From positions 46,817,553 through 46,881,552 of the forward strand of contig NC_092384.1 of assembly GCF_030028105.1 (NCBI RefSeq): a DNA stretch of 64,000 nucleotides. Direction: 5' to 3'. Under the pieces are notes generated by a model that was given only the letters and a program-made list of their open reading frames with translations, made no database searches and had not been told where the DNA came from. Shown here piece by piece: positions 12,661 through 26,344 of the stretch. Positions within the stretch are counted from its first letter, which is position 1; each line of letters begins with the position of its first letter. The translations under genes and the position numbers were made by a program. This DNA is from Mobula birostris (Eukaryota).

Positions 12661-15433
12661 ACATAGAAACATAGAAAACCTACAGCACAATACAGGCCCT
12701 TCAGCAAGCCTCTGACTATCCACACGATCAATGCCTCTCATCATCTTATACACCTCTATCAGGTCACCTTTCATCTTCCGCCACTCCAAGAAGTAAAGGC
12801 CAAGTTCACAAAACCTATTCTTATAAGGCATGCTCCCCAATCCAGGCAACGTCTTTGTAAATCTCCTCTGTACCCTTTCTATAGTGTCCACATCCTTCCT
12901 GTAGTGAATTGACCAGAACTGAGCACAGTACTCCAAGTGGGGTCTGACCAGGGTCCTATATAGATGTAACATTACCTCTTGGCTCTTAAACTCAATCCCA
13001 CGATTGATGAAGGCCAATGCACCGTATGCCTTCTTAACCACAGGGTCAACCTGCACGGCAGCTTTGAGTGTCTTATGGACTCGGACCCCAAGATCCCTCT
13101 GATCCTCCACACTGCCAAGAGTCTTACCATTAATACTGTATTCTGTCATCACATTTGACCTACCAAAATGAACCACCTCACACTTATCTGGGTTGAACTC
13201 CATCTGCCACTTCTTAGCCCTGTTTTGCATCCTATCAATGTCCCGCTGTAACCTCTCACAAGCCTCCACACTATCCACAACACCCCTAACCTTTGTGTCA
13301 TCAGCAAATTTACTAACCCATCCCTCCACTTCCTCATCCAGGTCATTTATAAAAATCACGAAGAGTAGGGGTCTCAGAACAGATCCCTGAGGCACACCAT
13401 TGGTGACCGACCTCCATGCAGAATATGACCCGTCTACAACCACTCTTTGCCTTCTGCAAGCAAGCCAATTCTGGATCCACAAAGCAAGGTCCCGTTGGAT
13501 CCCATGCCTCCTTACTTTCTCATAAGCCTTGCATGGGGTACCTTATCAAATGCCTTGCTAAAATCCATATATACTACATCTATTGCTCTACCTTCATCAA
13601 TGTGTTTAGTCACATCCTCAAAAAATTCAGTCAGGCTTGTAAGACACGACCTGCCTTTGACAAAGCCATGTTGACTATTCCTAATCATATTATGCCTCTC
13701 CAAATGTTCATAAATCCTGCCTCTCAGGATTTTTTCCATCAACTTACCAACCACTGAAGTAGGACTCGCTGGTCTCTAATTTCCTGGGCTATCCCTACTC
13801 CCTTTCTTGAATAAAGGAACTACATCTGCAACCCTCCAATCCTCCAGAACCTCTCCCATCCCCATTGATGATGCAAAGATCATTGCCAGCAATCTCCTCC
13901 CTTGCCTCCCACAGTAGCCTGGGTTACATCTCATCTGGTCCCGGAGACTTACCCAACTTGATGCTTTCAAAAATTTCCAGCACATCCTCTTTCTTAATAT
14001 CTATATGCTCAAGCTTTTCGATCTGGTATAAGTCACCCCTACAATCACCAAGATCCTTTTCCGTAGTGAATACTGAAGCAAAGTACTGATTAAGTACCCC
14101 TGCTATCTCCTCCAGTTCCATACACACTTCTCCACTGTCACACTTGATTGGTCCTATTCTCTCATGTCTTCTCCTCTTGCTCTTCACATACTTGTAGAAT
14201 GTCTTGGGGTTTTCTTTAATCCTGTCCATCAAGGCCTTCTCATGACCCCTTCTGGCTCTCCTAATTTCTTGCTTAAGCTCCTTCCTGCTTGCCTTATAAT
14301 ATTCTAGATCTCTATCATTACCTAGTTTTTTGAACCTTTTGTAAGCTCTCCTTTTCTTCTTGACTAGATTTTCAACAGCCTTTGTACACCACGGTTCCTG
14401 TACCCTACCATCCTTTCCGTCTCACTGGAACATACCTATGCAGAACGCCATGCAAATATCTCCTGAATATTTGCCACATTTCTGCCGTACACTTCCCCGA
14501 GAACATCTGTTCCTAATTTATGCTTCCAAGTTCCTGCCTGATAGCTTCATATTTCCCCTTACTCCAATTAAATGCTTTCCTAACTTCTCTGTTCCTATCC
14601 CTCTCCAGTGCTATGGTAAAGGAGATAGAATTGTGATCACTATCTCCAAAATGCTCTCCTGTTGAGAGACCTGACACCTGACCAGGTTCAGTTCCTAATA
14701 CCAGATCAAGTACAGCCTCTCCTCTAGTAGGTTTATCTATATATTGCGTCAGGAATCCTTCCTGAGAACACCTAACAAACTCCACCCCATCCAAACCCCT
14801 CGCTTTAGGGAGATGCCGATCAATATTTGGGAAATTAAAATCTCCCACCAAGACAACCCTGTTATTATTACACCTTCCCAGAATCTGTCTCTCTACCTGC
14901 TCCTCAATGTCCATGTTACTATTGGGTGGTCTATAAAAAACACCCAGTAGAGTTATTGACCCCCTTCCTGTTTCTAGCTTCCACCCACAGAGATTCAGTA
15001 GACAATCCCTCCATGACTTCCTCCTTTTCTGCAGCCATGACACTATCTCTGATCAGCAGTGCCACGCCCTCATGTCTTTTGCCTCCTTCCCTGACCTTTC
15101 TGAAACATCTAAAGCCTGGCACTCTAAGTAACCATTCCTGCCCCTGAGCCATCCAAGTCTCTGTAATGGCCACAACATTATAGTTCCAAGTACTGATTCA
15201 CGCTCTAAGCTCATCCACTTTGTTCATGATGCTTTTTGCATTAAAATAGACAGATCTCAAACCATTGGTCTGAGCACATCCCTTCTCTGTCACCTGCCGA
15301 TCCTCCCTCTCACACTGTCTCCAAGTTTTCTATTATTTGTGAGCCAACAGCCCCTTCCTCCATCTTTTCAGTTCAATTCCCACCCCCTTGAAATTCTAGT
15401 TTAAACTCTCCCCAGTAGCTTTAGCAAACCTCC
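12661..15433 (-). mobile_element. CR1 LINE, long disrupted ORF2 (endonuclease + RT)
   Basis: ITETW, YRPP, GDFNFP, SDHNSI, DFSKAFDKV, GVPQGSVL and KFADDTK motifs; terminal (ttctatgt)n tail at 12661-12678. Confidence 0.93.
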
Positions 15434-15614
15434 TGATTTCTACAATATGTATTTAGTATTATGATACTGCATTCACAAAACAATAAATTCTTTCCCAATG
15501 CACTTTAGTACACTCTTCCCATATACAAAAACAATATTTTTAAAGACTTAATGCAATGAAGTATTTTTCTCTTACATAGAATTCACAATTCAAATTTAGC
15601 AAAGAGAAACCTAC

Positions 15615-15843
15615 CTTATCCATTGTGAGTTGTTTAAAAACAGGATAATACTTGTGCAGTCGCAACTTTTTAAGCCAGTCAAGAATTCCAATTTGTTCTG
15701 TATTTTGTGGACTCAAGTTCTCAGCATGCGGCCAAGCAACTGGTGCTGAGCTTCCACTGACAGTGTGTGGGCAAGATGAAACAGAAATTGATGGTTGTAG
15801 CGTGTTATGGGAACACTGGATGCTGGCTACACCACATATTGGC
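15615..15843 (-). CDS. ZCCHC14: ZCCHC14-like exon with the N-terminal half of the SAM domain: PICGVASI...EQIGILDWLKKLRLHKYYPVFKQLTMDK
   Basis: tttgcag|GCCAATA...GATAAG|gtaggt; 229 nt, phase 2 to 0; lies within ORF 15540..15872. WL..LRLHKY is the Smaug/Vts1-type SAM signature and is near-identical to recalled ZCCHC14. Confidence 0.92.
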
Positions 15844-17079
15844 CTGCAAAAACAAAAATGGATTTTGCACATTTTTCTTTAATAAACCACATCCCTCACA
15901 CAGTTATAACAGAATCACATGGTAATGTGCCCAAGTAATTCTACAGACAACTCATGTTTAAGGCAGATTGCACTTTTCTATTTTCATCCTCAACATCTTA
16001 TCAAGAGGATGTAAAACCAAAAAGCACTTGTGCCGTTCAGTAATAAGTGAGAATAAATTAACTCACAAATCAAAGTCTGTTTTCATGATAGCTACCTCTC
16101 TGTTAATTCTGAATATAAATAATTTATTTCAGATATCATTAAAAAGAAACCTTTGAGCTGAATTCTGCAGTCAGTTACTGGCAAAGAAATGCTGCTTGCT
16201 GCCATTCTGCATATTTTTGGCTGTACACTCTACTCAGGCTTTTGAGTGGCAACAGGCTATCACCCTCTACAGGATATCTGTGGCATCTGCATGAATGACA
16301 ATACTCTTTGAAAAATCATCACTGAGGCAGGCAAGGACAAACTAAAAAGTATAAACCATTTAAATTCAATTCAACTCATGTATAGAGAGCAATATAATGA
16401 GCAAAATAAAAGAAAGGATTTGGAGAAAGAAAGAGACCATAGCTTCAAGATTTCCTCAATGACTAAGCATGAGTGTACTCCAGAAGCTGCAGGTGGATAT
16501 CTTCCATTATAGTCATACTTGCGCTTAACCTCACCAATAATTTCAATACAAAACATATATTTATGAAATTAATCTTCTTATTTTTAGTCTGAAACCTTTA
16601 AAGCGGGCAGAGTTTGTCAGATGCAGTTTAGAGTTTGTAACTGGCAATAAGAACTGTTTAGAGTAATTAACAACGACCAGTAGACTGTTGGGGGAGTTGC
16701 TCTGATTGGGGAGACAGATTGCTGGTGGATTGGGGAAGTAGGGTGTGGGCATACATTGGCAGCTAGAAAAAACTGAGTCAGGTAATATTTGGAGTAGGCG
16801 TTAAAATCAGAGTCAGTGGGCTTCGAGAGAGATCAAATCATGTAGATCAGACAAAATGGGGAGGACTTAAGATTTAAAGTAAGCACATAATATCCTTTAT
16901 GCTCTCTCAGTTTAGCTTTGAGGAGTGAAGACATGTTGAGGGGGAGGGAGGAAGGATAGACACTTTATTGATCCCAAAGAAAACCACAGTTTCACAATAG
17001 CATTACAAATGCACAGATATACAAAATATTAGAAGCAGAGTAAGACAATATTTTTTAAAAATTAAAAATTGGCACCCCA

Positions 17080-17520
17080 GGATAACGTGCTCCTGCAAAG
17101 TTTCCCTGCAATGTTCCAAAAGGAAAATAATATCATTCTTCTATGCTCTGAGGAATAAAGTCCTAACCTATGACTCAGGTCCTCCAGTCCCAGCAACATC
17201 CTTGTACATTTTCTCTGTACTCTTTCAATCTTATTCACATCTTTCCCATACGAAGGTGACTAAAAGTGCACAATACTACACATTAGGCCTCACCACCATT
17301 TATACAACTCCAACATAACATCCGAACTCCTGTATTCAGTACTTGAATTTATGAAGGCCAATGTGCCAAAAGCTCTCTACAACCCTATCTACCTGTGACG
17401 CCACTTTCAAAGAGTTACGGATCCGTATTCCCAGATCCCTCCATTCTACTGCACACCTCCATGCCCTATTACTCACTGTGCAAGTCCTAGCCTAGTTTGT
17501 TCTCCCAAAGTGCAACATCA
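17080..17520 (-). mobile_element. CR1 fragment
   Basis: Sequence similar to the other CR1 3' portions in this window. Confidence 0.65.
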
Positions 17521-17934
17521 CTTATACACTCTCATTTCTAGTTATATTTTAGGTCAGCATTTTTATAAGAAGGCTTCCTATATAGCCAATCAGTAACTGC
17601 TGAAATGTTACTTTTCTAACAAGAATATCACTATTCAATGGGATATAGAATGTAGTGTGAGTCTTTGCTATGGTGAGTTGAATGACAGTAACAACACAGT
17701 TTAGGGTGCATTGAACTGCTCATTAAATAATTCAGCTGTTAAATGGAAGAAGAAATCAAGTAAATAGCAATAAATGACTGCAGTCAAAATAATGCAAATT
17801 ATTTGACACTTTTGTATCATATACCTAGAATTTGAATCATAAGCATAATAAAAGACAGAGATTCTACTCAATGGGTGACAAGAGTTTTCTTATTCTTTCG
17901 AGAAGAATGTCTTAGTGTAATAAGTATGTTACAC

Positions 17935-19930
17935 CAGTGGTCCCCAACCACTGGGCCACAAAGCATGTGCCACCGGGCCACGAAGAAACAATATGATTTG
18001 GTGGTATGAAACGATATGTGTCAGCTGCACTTTTCCTCATTCCCTGTCACGCCCACTGTTGAACTTGAACGCACATGAGGTCATTACTCACGCAAGGTCA
18101 TCAGTCAGTCAGTAACCCGCAACTACTCGATGAGTAAAAAACAAACGTCGCTTGAGAGTTTCCTTGGAAGAGATGGTAGGGGACATAAAAGGCCTTACTA
18201 TGATGATAACGCAGAGACAGCTGAGGCCGAGACTGCAAAAAAAAAGGAAGCTTCCTTCAACAGAAAATACGACGAGTCATACATGAAATATGGCTTTATT
18301 GCGACCAGTGACTCGCACGCTCCAAGCCCCCTGTGTGTGACATGTGGAGACAAGCTGTCTAATGAGACAATGAAGCCCTCAAAACTGTTTCGGCACCTTG
18401 AGTCCAAGCACCCTGCACTTAAAGACAAACCCGTTGAGTTTTTTGAGTGGAAAAAACATGAGCAAGCAGAACAGAAGAAAGTGCTGAGAGCAACCACCTC
18501 CACAAATGCTGCTGCTCTGAGAGCATCGTACTTAGTGGCTATTCGTATTGTTAAGGCTAAGAAGCCTTTCACTGTTGGTGAAGAATTGATTCTGCCTGCT
18601 GCCAAGGACATGTGCCGTGAACTGTTGGGAGAAGCTGCAGCTAACAAGATGGCACAGGTTTCTCTTTCAGCTACCACAGTTTCAAGGAGAATCGATGACA
18701 TAGTGGAGGACATTGAAGCACAGCTGTTGGAACGGCTTAACGAGTCTGGTTTTACTACCCGAGTCAAAGAGGTTGCTCCTGAACGCCAGTCTACACACTG
18801 TGTCACACACAGGGAAATGCTGGCTAGCCAAAAAATGTCACCTGATCTTAACAGCGTACTGAGTGCATTGTTGAAGTTATCAATCACATCAAAGCAAAAG
18901 CCCTGAACTCACGTCTGTTTGAGCAGCTCTGTGAGGAAATGGATGCAGAGCACAAATGCCTTCTCCTACACACTGAAGTCAGGTGGCTATCAAAAGGAAG
19001 AGCCCTGGCCAGGGTTTTTGAGATAAGAGAGCAGCTACAGAGATTTCTTTCAAGAAAAAAGTCACCACTGGCAGCACACTTCAGTGACGAGGAGTGAATA
19101 GCAAAACTCGCTTATCTGTGTGACATCTTCAACCTACTCAATTTGTCACTTCAGGGAAGAATGACAACTGTCTTCAAGTTGGCAGGTAAAGTGTCTGCTT
19201 TCACAGCCAAACTGGAACTGTGGGGACGGCGAGTGGACAGGGGCATATTTGACATGTTCCCAACATTAGCTGGGATTTTGGGAGAGACTGAGGCTGCACC
19301 ATCCTTCTCACAGCTGGTGTGCGATCACCTATCTTCACTGTTGACAGAATTCGAGCGTCACTTCCCAACCACAAATGACCCAAGATGTGCAAAGGAATGG
19401 GTTTGTGACCCATTTGTGAATGCCCCCGGTGAATCATCCATGTCAGCGTGAGAAGAAGATCAACTCCTCCAGCTTACAAATGATGGTGGGCTGAAAAGTA
19501 TGTTTGACATAACATCTCTGCCAGCATTCTGGATCAAAGTCAAGGCTGAGTATCGTGAGATAGCCACGAAAGCATCGAAAACATTGCTTCCATTTCACAT
19601 CATATCTCTGCAAAGCAGAGTTTTCTGCAATGAATGCAACGAAAACTAAATTGCGGAATAGACTGGACATAAGGAAGCCCCTTATAATTGACTTATCACT
19701 ATATTCATGCGAGGAAAATATGCGCTGTGTGTTTAATATTAAATTCGTTAGATAAACCCTTTTAGAAACAAAATTGAGTGTATTAGCCACTGATAAGTGA
19801 CTTACAGTTGACTTATCACCTATATTCTGGTTGTGATTAACAGCCCCCACCCCCCAACCCCATCAGCCGGTCCGCAAGAATATTGTCAATATTAAACCGG
19901 TCTGCGGTGCAAAAAAGGTTGGGGACCCCG
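17935..19930 (+). mobile_element. hAT Charlie/Buster-type DNA transposon with both ends, internally deleted
   Basis: Perfect 8-bp TSD TGTTACAC (17927-17934, 19931-19938); TIRs cagtggtccccaacc / ggttggggaccccg. BED finger CVTC..HLESKH, KPFTVGEELILPAA, HCVTHRE, EVRWLS. The DESTD catalytic segment is missing at ~18745. Confidence 0.95.
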
Positions 19931-20204
19931 TGTTACACAATATCTCAGGTCAACAATTATCTCCATATTAATAATTCTTTTACACATACTGTAGCTCAAA
20001 GTATGCATCAAAATTCTCATCAGCATTTTAATCTGTTCAGCCTTATTTTAGCAATCTGCTGTAAAAGTTTCACAAAGGCAGCAAATTTGAAAGCAAAATA
20101 ACATTATTAGCTACTTTTGAATAGTTATTAGCATTTCTGCTGTGTTTCTGGAGAAATACAAATTGCCATTTAAATAAATTGTGTTCTTGTACAGTCCACT
20201 ATTG

Positions 20205-21050
20205 AGGGGCGATTTGGATCCACTTTAATTTGCCTACTATCACAACAGATCAACAGCAGATGCCATTTCATTGGCTCTTCACTCAGCCTTGAAATATCTG
20301 GACAATGAAGATACATACATCCAGATTCTTTTCATTGACTACAGCTCTGCTTTAAACACTATCATCTCCTCAAAACTAATTAATAAGTTCCAAGATCTTG
20401 GCATCCTTGTGCAACTAGATCCTCGATTTCCTCACTTGCAGACCGCAGTCAGTGCAGATTAGCAACAAAATCTCCTCCACAATCACCATCAGCACAGGTG
20501 CATCACTAGGCTGTGTGCTTAGTCCCCTACTCTACTAACCTTACACGTTTAGCTGTGAGGCCAAGTACAGCTCCAATGCCATATTTAAGTTTGACTGACT
20601 ATTCTGGGCTGAATCAAAGATGGTGATGAATCAGCATGTAGAAGGAAGAGTGAAAATCTGGCTGAATGGTGCCACAACAACCTCTCACTCAACGTCATCA
20701 AAACCAAAGAGCTGATTATTGACTACAGGTGGAGAAAACTGGAAGTCTATGAGTCAGTCCCTATTGGGAGATCAGAGGTGGTGAAGGTCAGCAAGTTAAA
20801 TTCCTCGACATTGTCATTTCAGAAGATCTGTCCTGGATCCAGAAAATGAGTGCCATTACTCAGAAGGCAGCACAGCGCCTCTACTTTCTTGGAAATTTGC
20901 ATAGGTTCAGCATATCATCTAAAATTTTAACAAACATCTTTTGATGAACAGTGGAGAGTAAGTATACTGACTGGTATTGAAACACCAACGCCCTTGAACG
21001 GTAGTAATGGATACAGCCCAGTCAATCACAGGAAAGGCCTTCCCCAATAC
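20205..21050 (+). mobile_element. Rex1/Babar LINE RT fragment (decayed)
   Basis: [29 protein letters not shown]. Confidence 0.8.
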
Positions 21051-21708
21051 CAGTAAGTGCTTGTAGTTTGTAACTCTGAAGCTTTTAATCCTAATACAGT
21101 ATTTTGTGGCAAACTAACCAAGCTTATTTGAAGTATAAGCCAAAGCCAAACTAATATCAAGCTATGGCAATGAAAAATGAGAATATAATTTTGTATTAAT
21201 ATGTTTTTAAAAAAAAAGCCTTTAGTTTTTTCTACAAACTTTTTTTTTATATTTCTGCATAAAAGTAACTAAACATCCAAATAACTCTATTGGGCAAGTT
21301 TACTGTATTCTTGTGGAGTAGAAAGCAAATTCAATGTATTTCAATACAAGAAAAAAATTGATTAGAATGTAAACTGATAAGATGTTTAATAGGCAAAAAT
21401 AATCAGAGATTTCTCATCTTCAAAATCTAATTTTTGATAAGAAAGGTGATAAAGTTTCAAATATGAGCAATGAGGAAAACAAGTTCTGCACAGAAATACA
21501 AAAACATACAAAAAAGACAATTTGATTTGCAGAAGTAACATTAACATTTTAATGAATAAATGTACATAAGACCATAAGATATAGGAGTAGAATTAGGCCA
21601 TTTGGTATCCTTTAATAAATCAGATTAATTATTAAATTATTAATGACCATTCAGCCAGTTATTTATATTTATTTGCTATAATGCTGCCATGCATAAATCT
21701 ACACTTAC

Positions 21709-21769
21709 CTTACAGCTGCACCATTGCTTGCGTTAGCTTTGTGTAACATCACTGGTATGGGATTGGTAT
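21709..21769 (-). CDS. ZCCHC14: ZCCHC14-like exon: (N)TNPIPVMLHKANASNGAAV(R)
   Basis: ctattcag|ATACC...GTAAG|gtaagt; 61 nt, phase 1 to 2. Exactly bridges the phases of the flanking exons. Confidence 0.75.
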
Positions 21770-22356
21770 CTGAATAGAAAAATACATTACAACACATGTT
21801 AAAGATGTAGCTTATGTATCTTTACTCTACAGATAGAATTCAAAGCTACACAACCACAATCATCATGAACATATTCTTCATAGTTAAAAATATTTTAAAA
21901 ATTATATTTAGAGGATTTTTTGTTGTTGGCTCATGCTTTCACATTTGTATAAGGCAAGTTCACCAGGAGAGAACTATTGTTTTTCAAACTCTGGTATGAA
22001 ATTTGTTGTACCCATGAAATGCAGTTACTCTTTCTTCTTAATATGTGATTTTGAAAAGGCTACTCAGTAATGTTGTTGAAGTCAGGGGGCTAGAAATACA
22101 TTCACACAACTCCATAAATATTGTACTGTACTGTTAAAAGTTAGCTTAACCATGAGTAGAACAATTTTGCCCACATTTCTGCATATCTTAAAATTAATCA
22201 AGAAATTTTGTTTATTTATTCTTTTGCCAAGGTCTTAATTTTCCTTTACACTTTCTTCCCAAAATTAAAAATATATGTCGACGGTAGTGGAACATGCAAA
22301 TGTCATCTTTGGTGGGATTTTCAACCTCACAGATCTGAAAAAAAATGACTGTTCTT

Positions 22357-22494
22357 CAGCAGGAGTCCTGCTGAAGGGTTTCGGCCTGAAACATCAGCTG
22401 TACTTTTTTCCATAGATGCTGCCTGGCCTGTTGAGTTCCTCCAGCATTTTGTGTACGTTGCTCGGATTTCCAGGATCTACAGATTTTCTCTTGT
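22357..22494 (+). mobile_element. Penelope-type terminal insertion with degenerate hammerhead and short 5' inversion
   Basis: 14-bp TSD aaatgactgttctt (22343-22356, 22495-22508); agtcctgctgaagggtttcggcctgaaacatc. Confidence 0.8.
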
Positions 22495-22789
22495 AAATGA
22501 CTGTTCTTAGTTATTCACAAAACAACATGATCTTGCTTTTGCTGACATCTCATGATATTTAATGGACCAATGTAAAAACTACATTTTTTATCCTCCATGG
22601 GATCTATGAGCTTCTGTGACCTCAAGCAGAAGTCACTTTTCTAGTATGAGTTGACTTCTTAGTCCACGGAGGTCAGGGTCAGGGTCATTCTCAGCATTTC
22701 TGCAATTAACGACCACATCTCACAGCTAATTGCTGATTAGGATCACCCAAACTCCATAATTAATGAGAGAATGTCGAAGCATTCTCTGC

Positions 22790-24404
22790 AAATATCCACA
22801 ATGAAATTAGTTGATTGTGTGCTGAATGTGCAGGAATCTTCCAATGAGGAAGACTATCCAATCATGTGTGAAGAAGTTGAAGCTGCAATACGATCACTGA
22901 AGTGTGGGAAGTCAGCAGGAGTTAACAACATCCTTGCTTAACTGCTGAAGCATGGAGGAGAGGCCATGATAGACATGCTTACCACCATCTGCAATAAGAT
23001 CTGGCAGACAGATGAATGGCCAACACCTTGGACTTAGTCGTTGATATCTGTGCCTCCCAAGAAAGGCAATCTCCAACACTGCCAGAATTACCATACCATC
23101 AGTTTGATCAGCCATGTAAGCAAGGTAATACTCAGAATCATCTTGAACAGACTGAGACCTCAGGCAGAAGACATCATTGCCGAGAAAGAAGCAGGCTTCC
23201 ATAAGGGCAGAAGCACCACTGAGCAGACTTTCAACCTCTGCACCCCCTGTGAGAAACACCTTCAGCACCAGAGAGAGTTCAGTCACGTCTTCACAGACTT
23301 CAAGAAGGCATTTGACAGAGTCTGGCATGATGCCTTATGGACCACCATGAAGAAATTCAACATGGGGCAGAAGCTGATTCATACAATCCATCAGCTTTAC
23401 ACCAAGGCAACCAGTGCAGTACTCGCTCAGGGCACCATCGGGGAGTGGTTCCAATCTGTAGAAGTCCGTCAGGGCTGCCTCCTCTCCCCCACTCTCTTCA
23501 ACATCTTCCTGGAATGAATCATGAGTGTTGCCCTTGAAGATCATGAGGGCACAGTCAGCATCGGAGGGAAGAACCTCACAAACCTAAGATTTGCTGACGA
23601 CATTGATGGACTTGCAGGAAAAGAAGACGAACTGGCCAACCTGGTCAGCCATCTTGACAGAGCCTCCACAAAGTTTGGAATGGAAATAAGTGCTGAGAAA
23701 ACCAAGCTCATGGCAAATGCCAACGGTGCCATCACAACATACATCTCAGTCCATGGTCAAAAACTTGAGACAGTGCAGCAGTTTAAATACCCGTGGGCAA
23801 TCATCAGTGATAAAGGATCAAAACCAGAAGTCCTGGCAAGAACCGCACAGACAATGACTGCACTATCCAAACTCAAGACAATATGGAGAAACAGCAACAC
23901 CACCATGAAGTACAAGATCAGACTCCTGCATGCATTGGTATTCTCCATCATCCTGTACGCTTGTGAGACATGGACCCTCACAGCAGAGCTAACGAGGAAG
24001 ATACAGGCATTGGAAATGAGATGTTACCGCAACATATTGGGTATCTCATACTCGGGCCACATCACAAACGAGCAGGTCCACAAGACCATCCAGCACCACA
24101 CTGGCCCCCCATGAAGACCTTCTCACAACGGTGAAGAAAAGAAAGCTGAAATGGTACAGCCACGTAACAAGATCCAGTGGCCTTACAAAGACCGTTCTAC
24201 AAGGAACTGTGGAGGGGAAAAGAAGGAGAGGTAGACAGAGGAAAAGATGGACGGACAATATTAAAGAACAGACAGGGAAAACATCTGTGGGGACCCAGGC
24301 TCTGGCACACAACCGCAACAGATGGAACAGACTGGTGCAAAGCTTGTAATGACAGCACCCCGACGACTCCACCGGGAGTTAAGGGCACAAGGCAAGACAA
24401 GGCA
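22790..24404 (+). mobile_element. RTE-clade LINE (BovB-like), 5'-truncated
   Basis: KKGNLQHCQNYHTISLISHVSK, DFKKAFDRV, RQGCLLSP, LRFADDI, LYACETWTL and RGRQRKRW motifs; (caagg)n-like tail. Confidence 0.9.
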
Positions 24405-25109
24405 ACTTCATAATTCTTCTAAGTGTGTATTGAACTCTTCATGACTCCAGTGGACAGTGATAGAACTATCTTTGATCCATCTTTAAGCATGGGTTTAAGT
24501 AAAACAAAAAGCAAATGATGCTTTCTCTGTAACCTCTCCTTTATTTCAGAAGAGCCTGAAATGGTCTGAAGTGGAATCTTTCATAGCACCATGCCTACAA
24601 AACCAATTCCTGGTGAGATTAACTACAGCCAAAATGGCATGTAAAAGCCAGGAAATATTCATAGATCCCAAGATATTTTCTACTTGTTAGAGTATTCAAC
24701 ATGCAGAGTGGATTTTTCTAGAGAATCTTCACACAACAAGCATCTCCAGAGAAAGGCATACTTCATCACTATCTGCCCACATCCTCCTCTTTGCATCTAA
24801 TTTTACCTGAACTTTTTATCTCCCTCCTGGAAGACTTCTTGCAAAGGTTAGGTAAGATAATGAAGCATGCAGCAGATGATGATACTCAACTCCCTCAGGA
24901 AAGTACTGAGGTTAGAGTTACCAGAATTTCATCTCAAGGGTTCCAAAGATGCTGCCCATGGACTCCCAAATCTTTACTAGATGTCATTGTAAGAATGTAC
25001 TGCTACATTAGTTGAACCATAGAAAGGAATCAGAAACCAAAGGATAATCTCTAAGGTCCAGCCTTTCATGTGGAATGGTGACTACATTTAATAAGTAATG
25101 TTTTTAATG

Positions 25110-25445
25110 TGAACTCCTCAGATCGACAGAGGGCATAAGTGAGTGTAGTTGCTATTACTAAGGAGAAGGTGCTTGAGAAGCTGAAAGATCTGAAAGTAGA
25201 TAAGTCACCTGGATCAGATGGAACTACATCCCAGAGTTCTGAAAGAGGTAGTTGAGGAGATTTAGGAGGTATTAGTAATGATCTTTCAAGAATCACTAGG
25301 TTCTGGAATAGTTCCGGAGGACTGGAAAACAGCAAATGCCACTCCACTTTTTAAGAAAGGAGGAAGGCAGAAGAAAGGGAATTACAAGCAATTAGCCTGA
25401 CTTTAATGGTTGGGAAGATGTTGGAATGCATTATTAAGGATGAGC
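25110..25445 (+). mobile_element. CR1 ORF2 fragment
   Basis: LKVDKSPGSDG and ANATPLFKKGG on the + strand. Confidence 0.75.
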
Positions 25446-26013
25446 TTTGCCTGAGATCTTGAAAGTGAAAAATGCTCTGAAAGAGGAGGAAGAGTGGATA
25501 GAGGAGATAAGAATAGAGGAACATTGGCCAATAATGATGACGAGAGAACTTCTCAAGCAGCAGAAAACCCCACTGGCCTTCTTATTGGAAAGGTCTGCTG
25601 CAAAATGACATACATGACAGAGATCAGCCATCACTGCTAGAATAATGGCATCTACAAGGTAGGATTCTATCACCACTGACTTAGAAAACATTAAGCTCTG
25701 AATAACGCTTGGACATTAAGGTCTATCATAATGTACTTTTTTTTAAAACTTGGGGAACCTGGGCATATTTGTCCTGCCTCCAACCATCATTGTGGAGCTC
25801 TAGCTAATGTGTAACTATTGCAGAAACAAACTTACTTGAGAGGGTTTAGATGAGATGCACGCCAATAAAAACTTATTTGCCTTGTATGTTTCTGTGGTCA
25901 CACAATTTACAAGAAGGTGTTCCAAATGAATTTATTTTTCCCAATTGTAGATTTAGTCTGGGGTCACATAATGACCAATGCAACACTGCATATTGAGGCT
26001 GTAATAGTATAAT

Positions 26014-26102
26014 AGTCAGGACGAAGGGTCTCGGCCTGAAACGTCGACTGTACCTCTTCCTAGAGATGCTGCCTGGCCTGCTGCGTTCACCAGCAACTTT
26101 GA
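26014..26102 (+). mobile_element. Penelope-type end with hammerhead whose 5' core is micro-inverted
   Basis: gtcaggac-gaagggtctcggcctgaaacgtcgactg; gtcaggac is the reverse complement of gtcctgac. Confidence 0.7.
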
Positions 26103-26344
26103 AGTGGAAAGAGTAACGGTGCAAGGTGATCGTAGGTGATGAAAGAGAACAAATGTTTGAGGAAGTGGCATTTGACAAATAATTATGAGAAATCATCACA
26201 GGATTGTGGAGCAAATGCTAGAAATCTCAAACAAAATTGATGGAAATATATTGACTGTAGTTCATTGATAATAATAACTGGTATAGAGAACCCTCTTCAT
26301 ACCGATAAAGTGCAAACATAAAAATAAAAGATAAAAAGATGTTT

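Noticed and set aside
15540-15872. ORF 15540..15872 as a standalone 110-aa gene
   Set aside because: Only 15615-15843 is exon; the flanks are intron read-through bounded by canonical splice sites.
18130-18906. Domesticated ZBED5/SCAND3-like gene
   Set aside because: It sits within TIRs and a TSD, the catalytic region is deleted, and the downstream frame is broken.
24500-26330. Possible Gypsy gag/pol debris (zinc-knuckle-like GEPGHICPA near 25750)
   Set aside because: Too degenerate to define or classify by eye.
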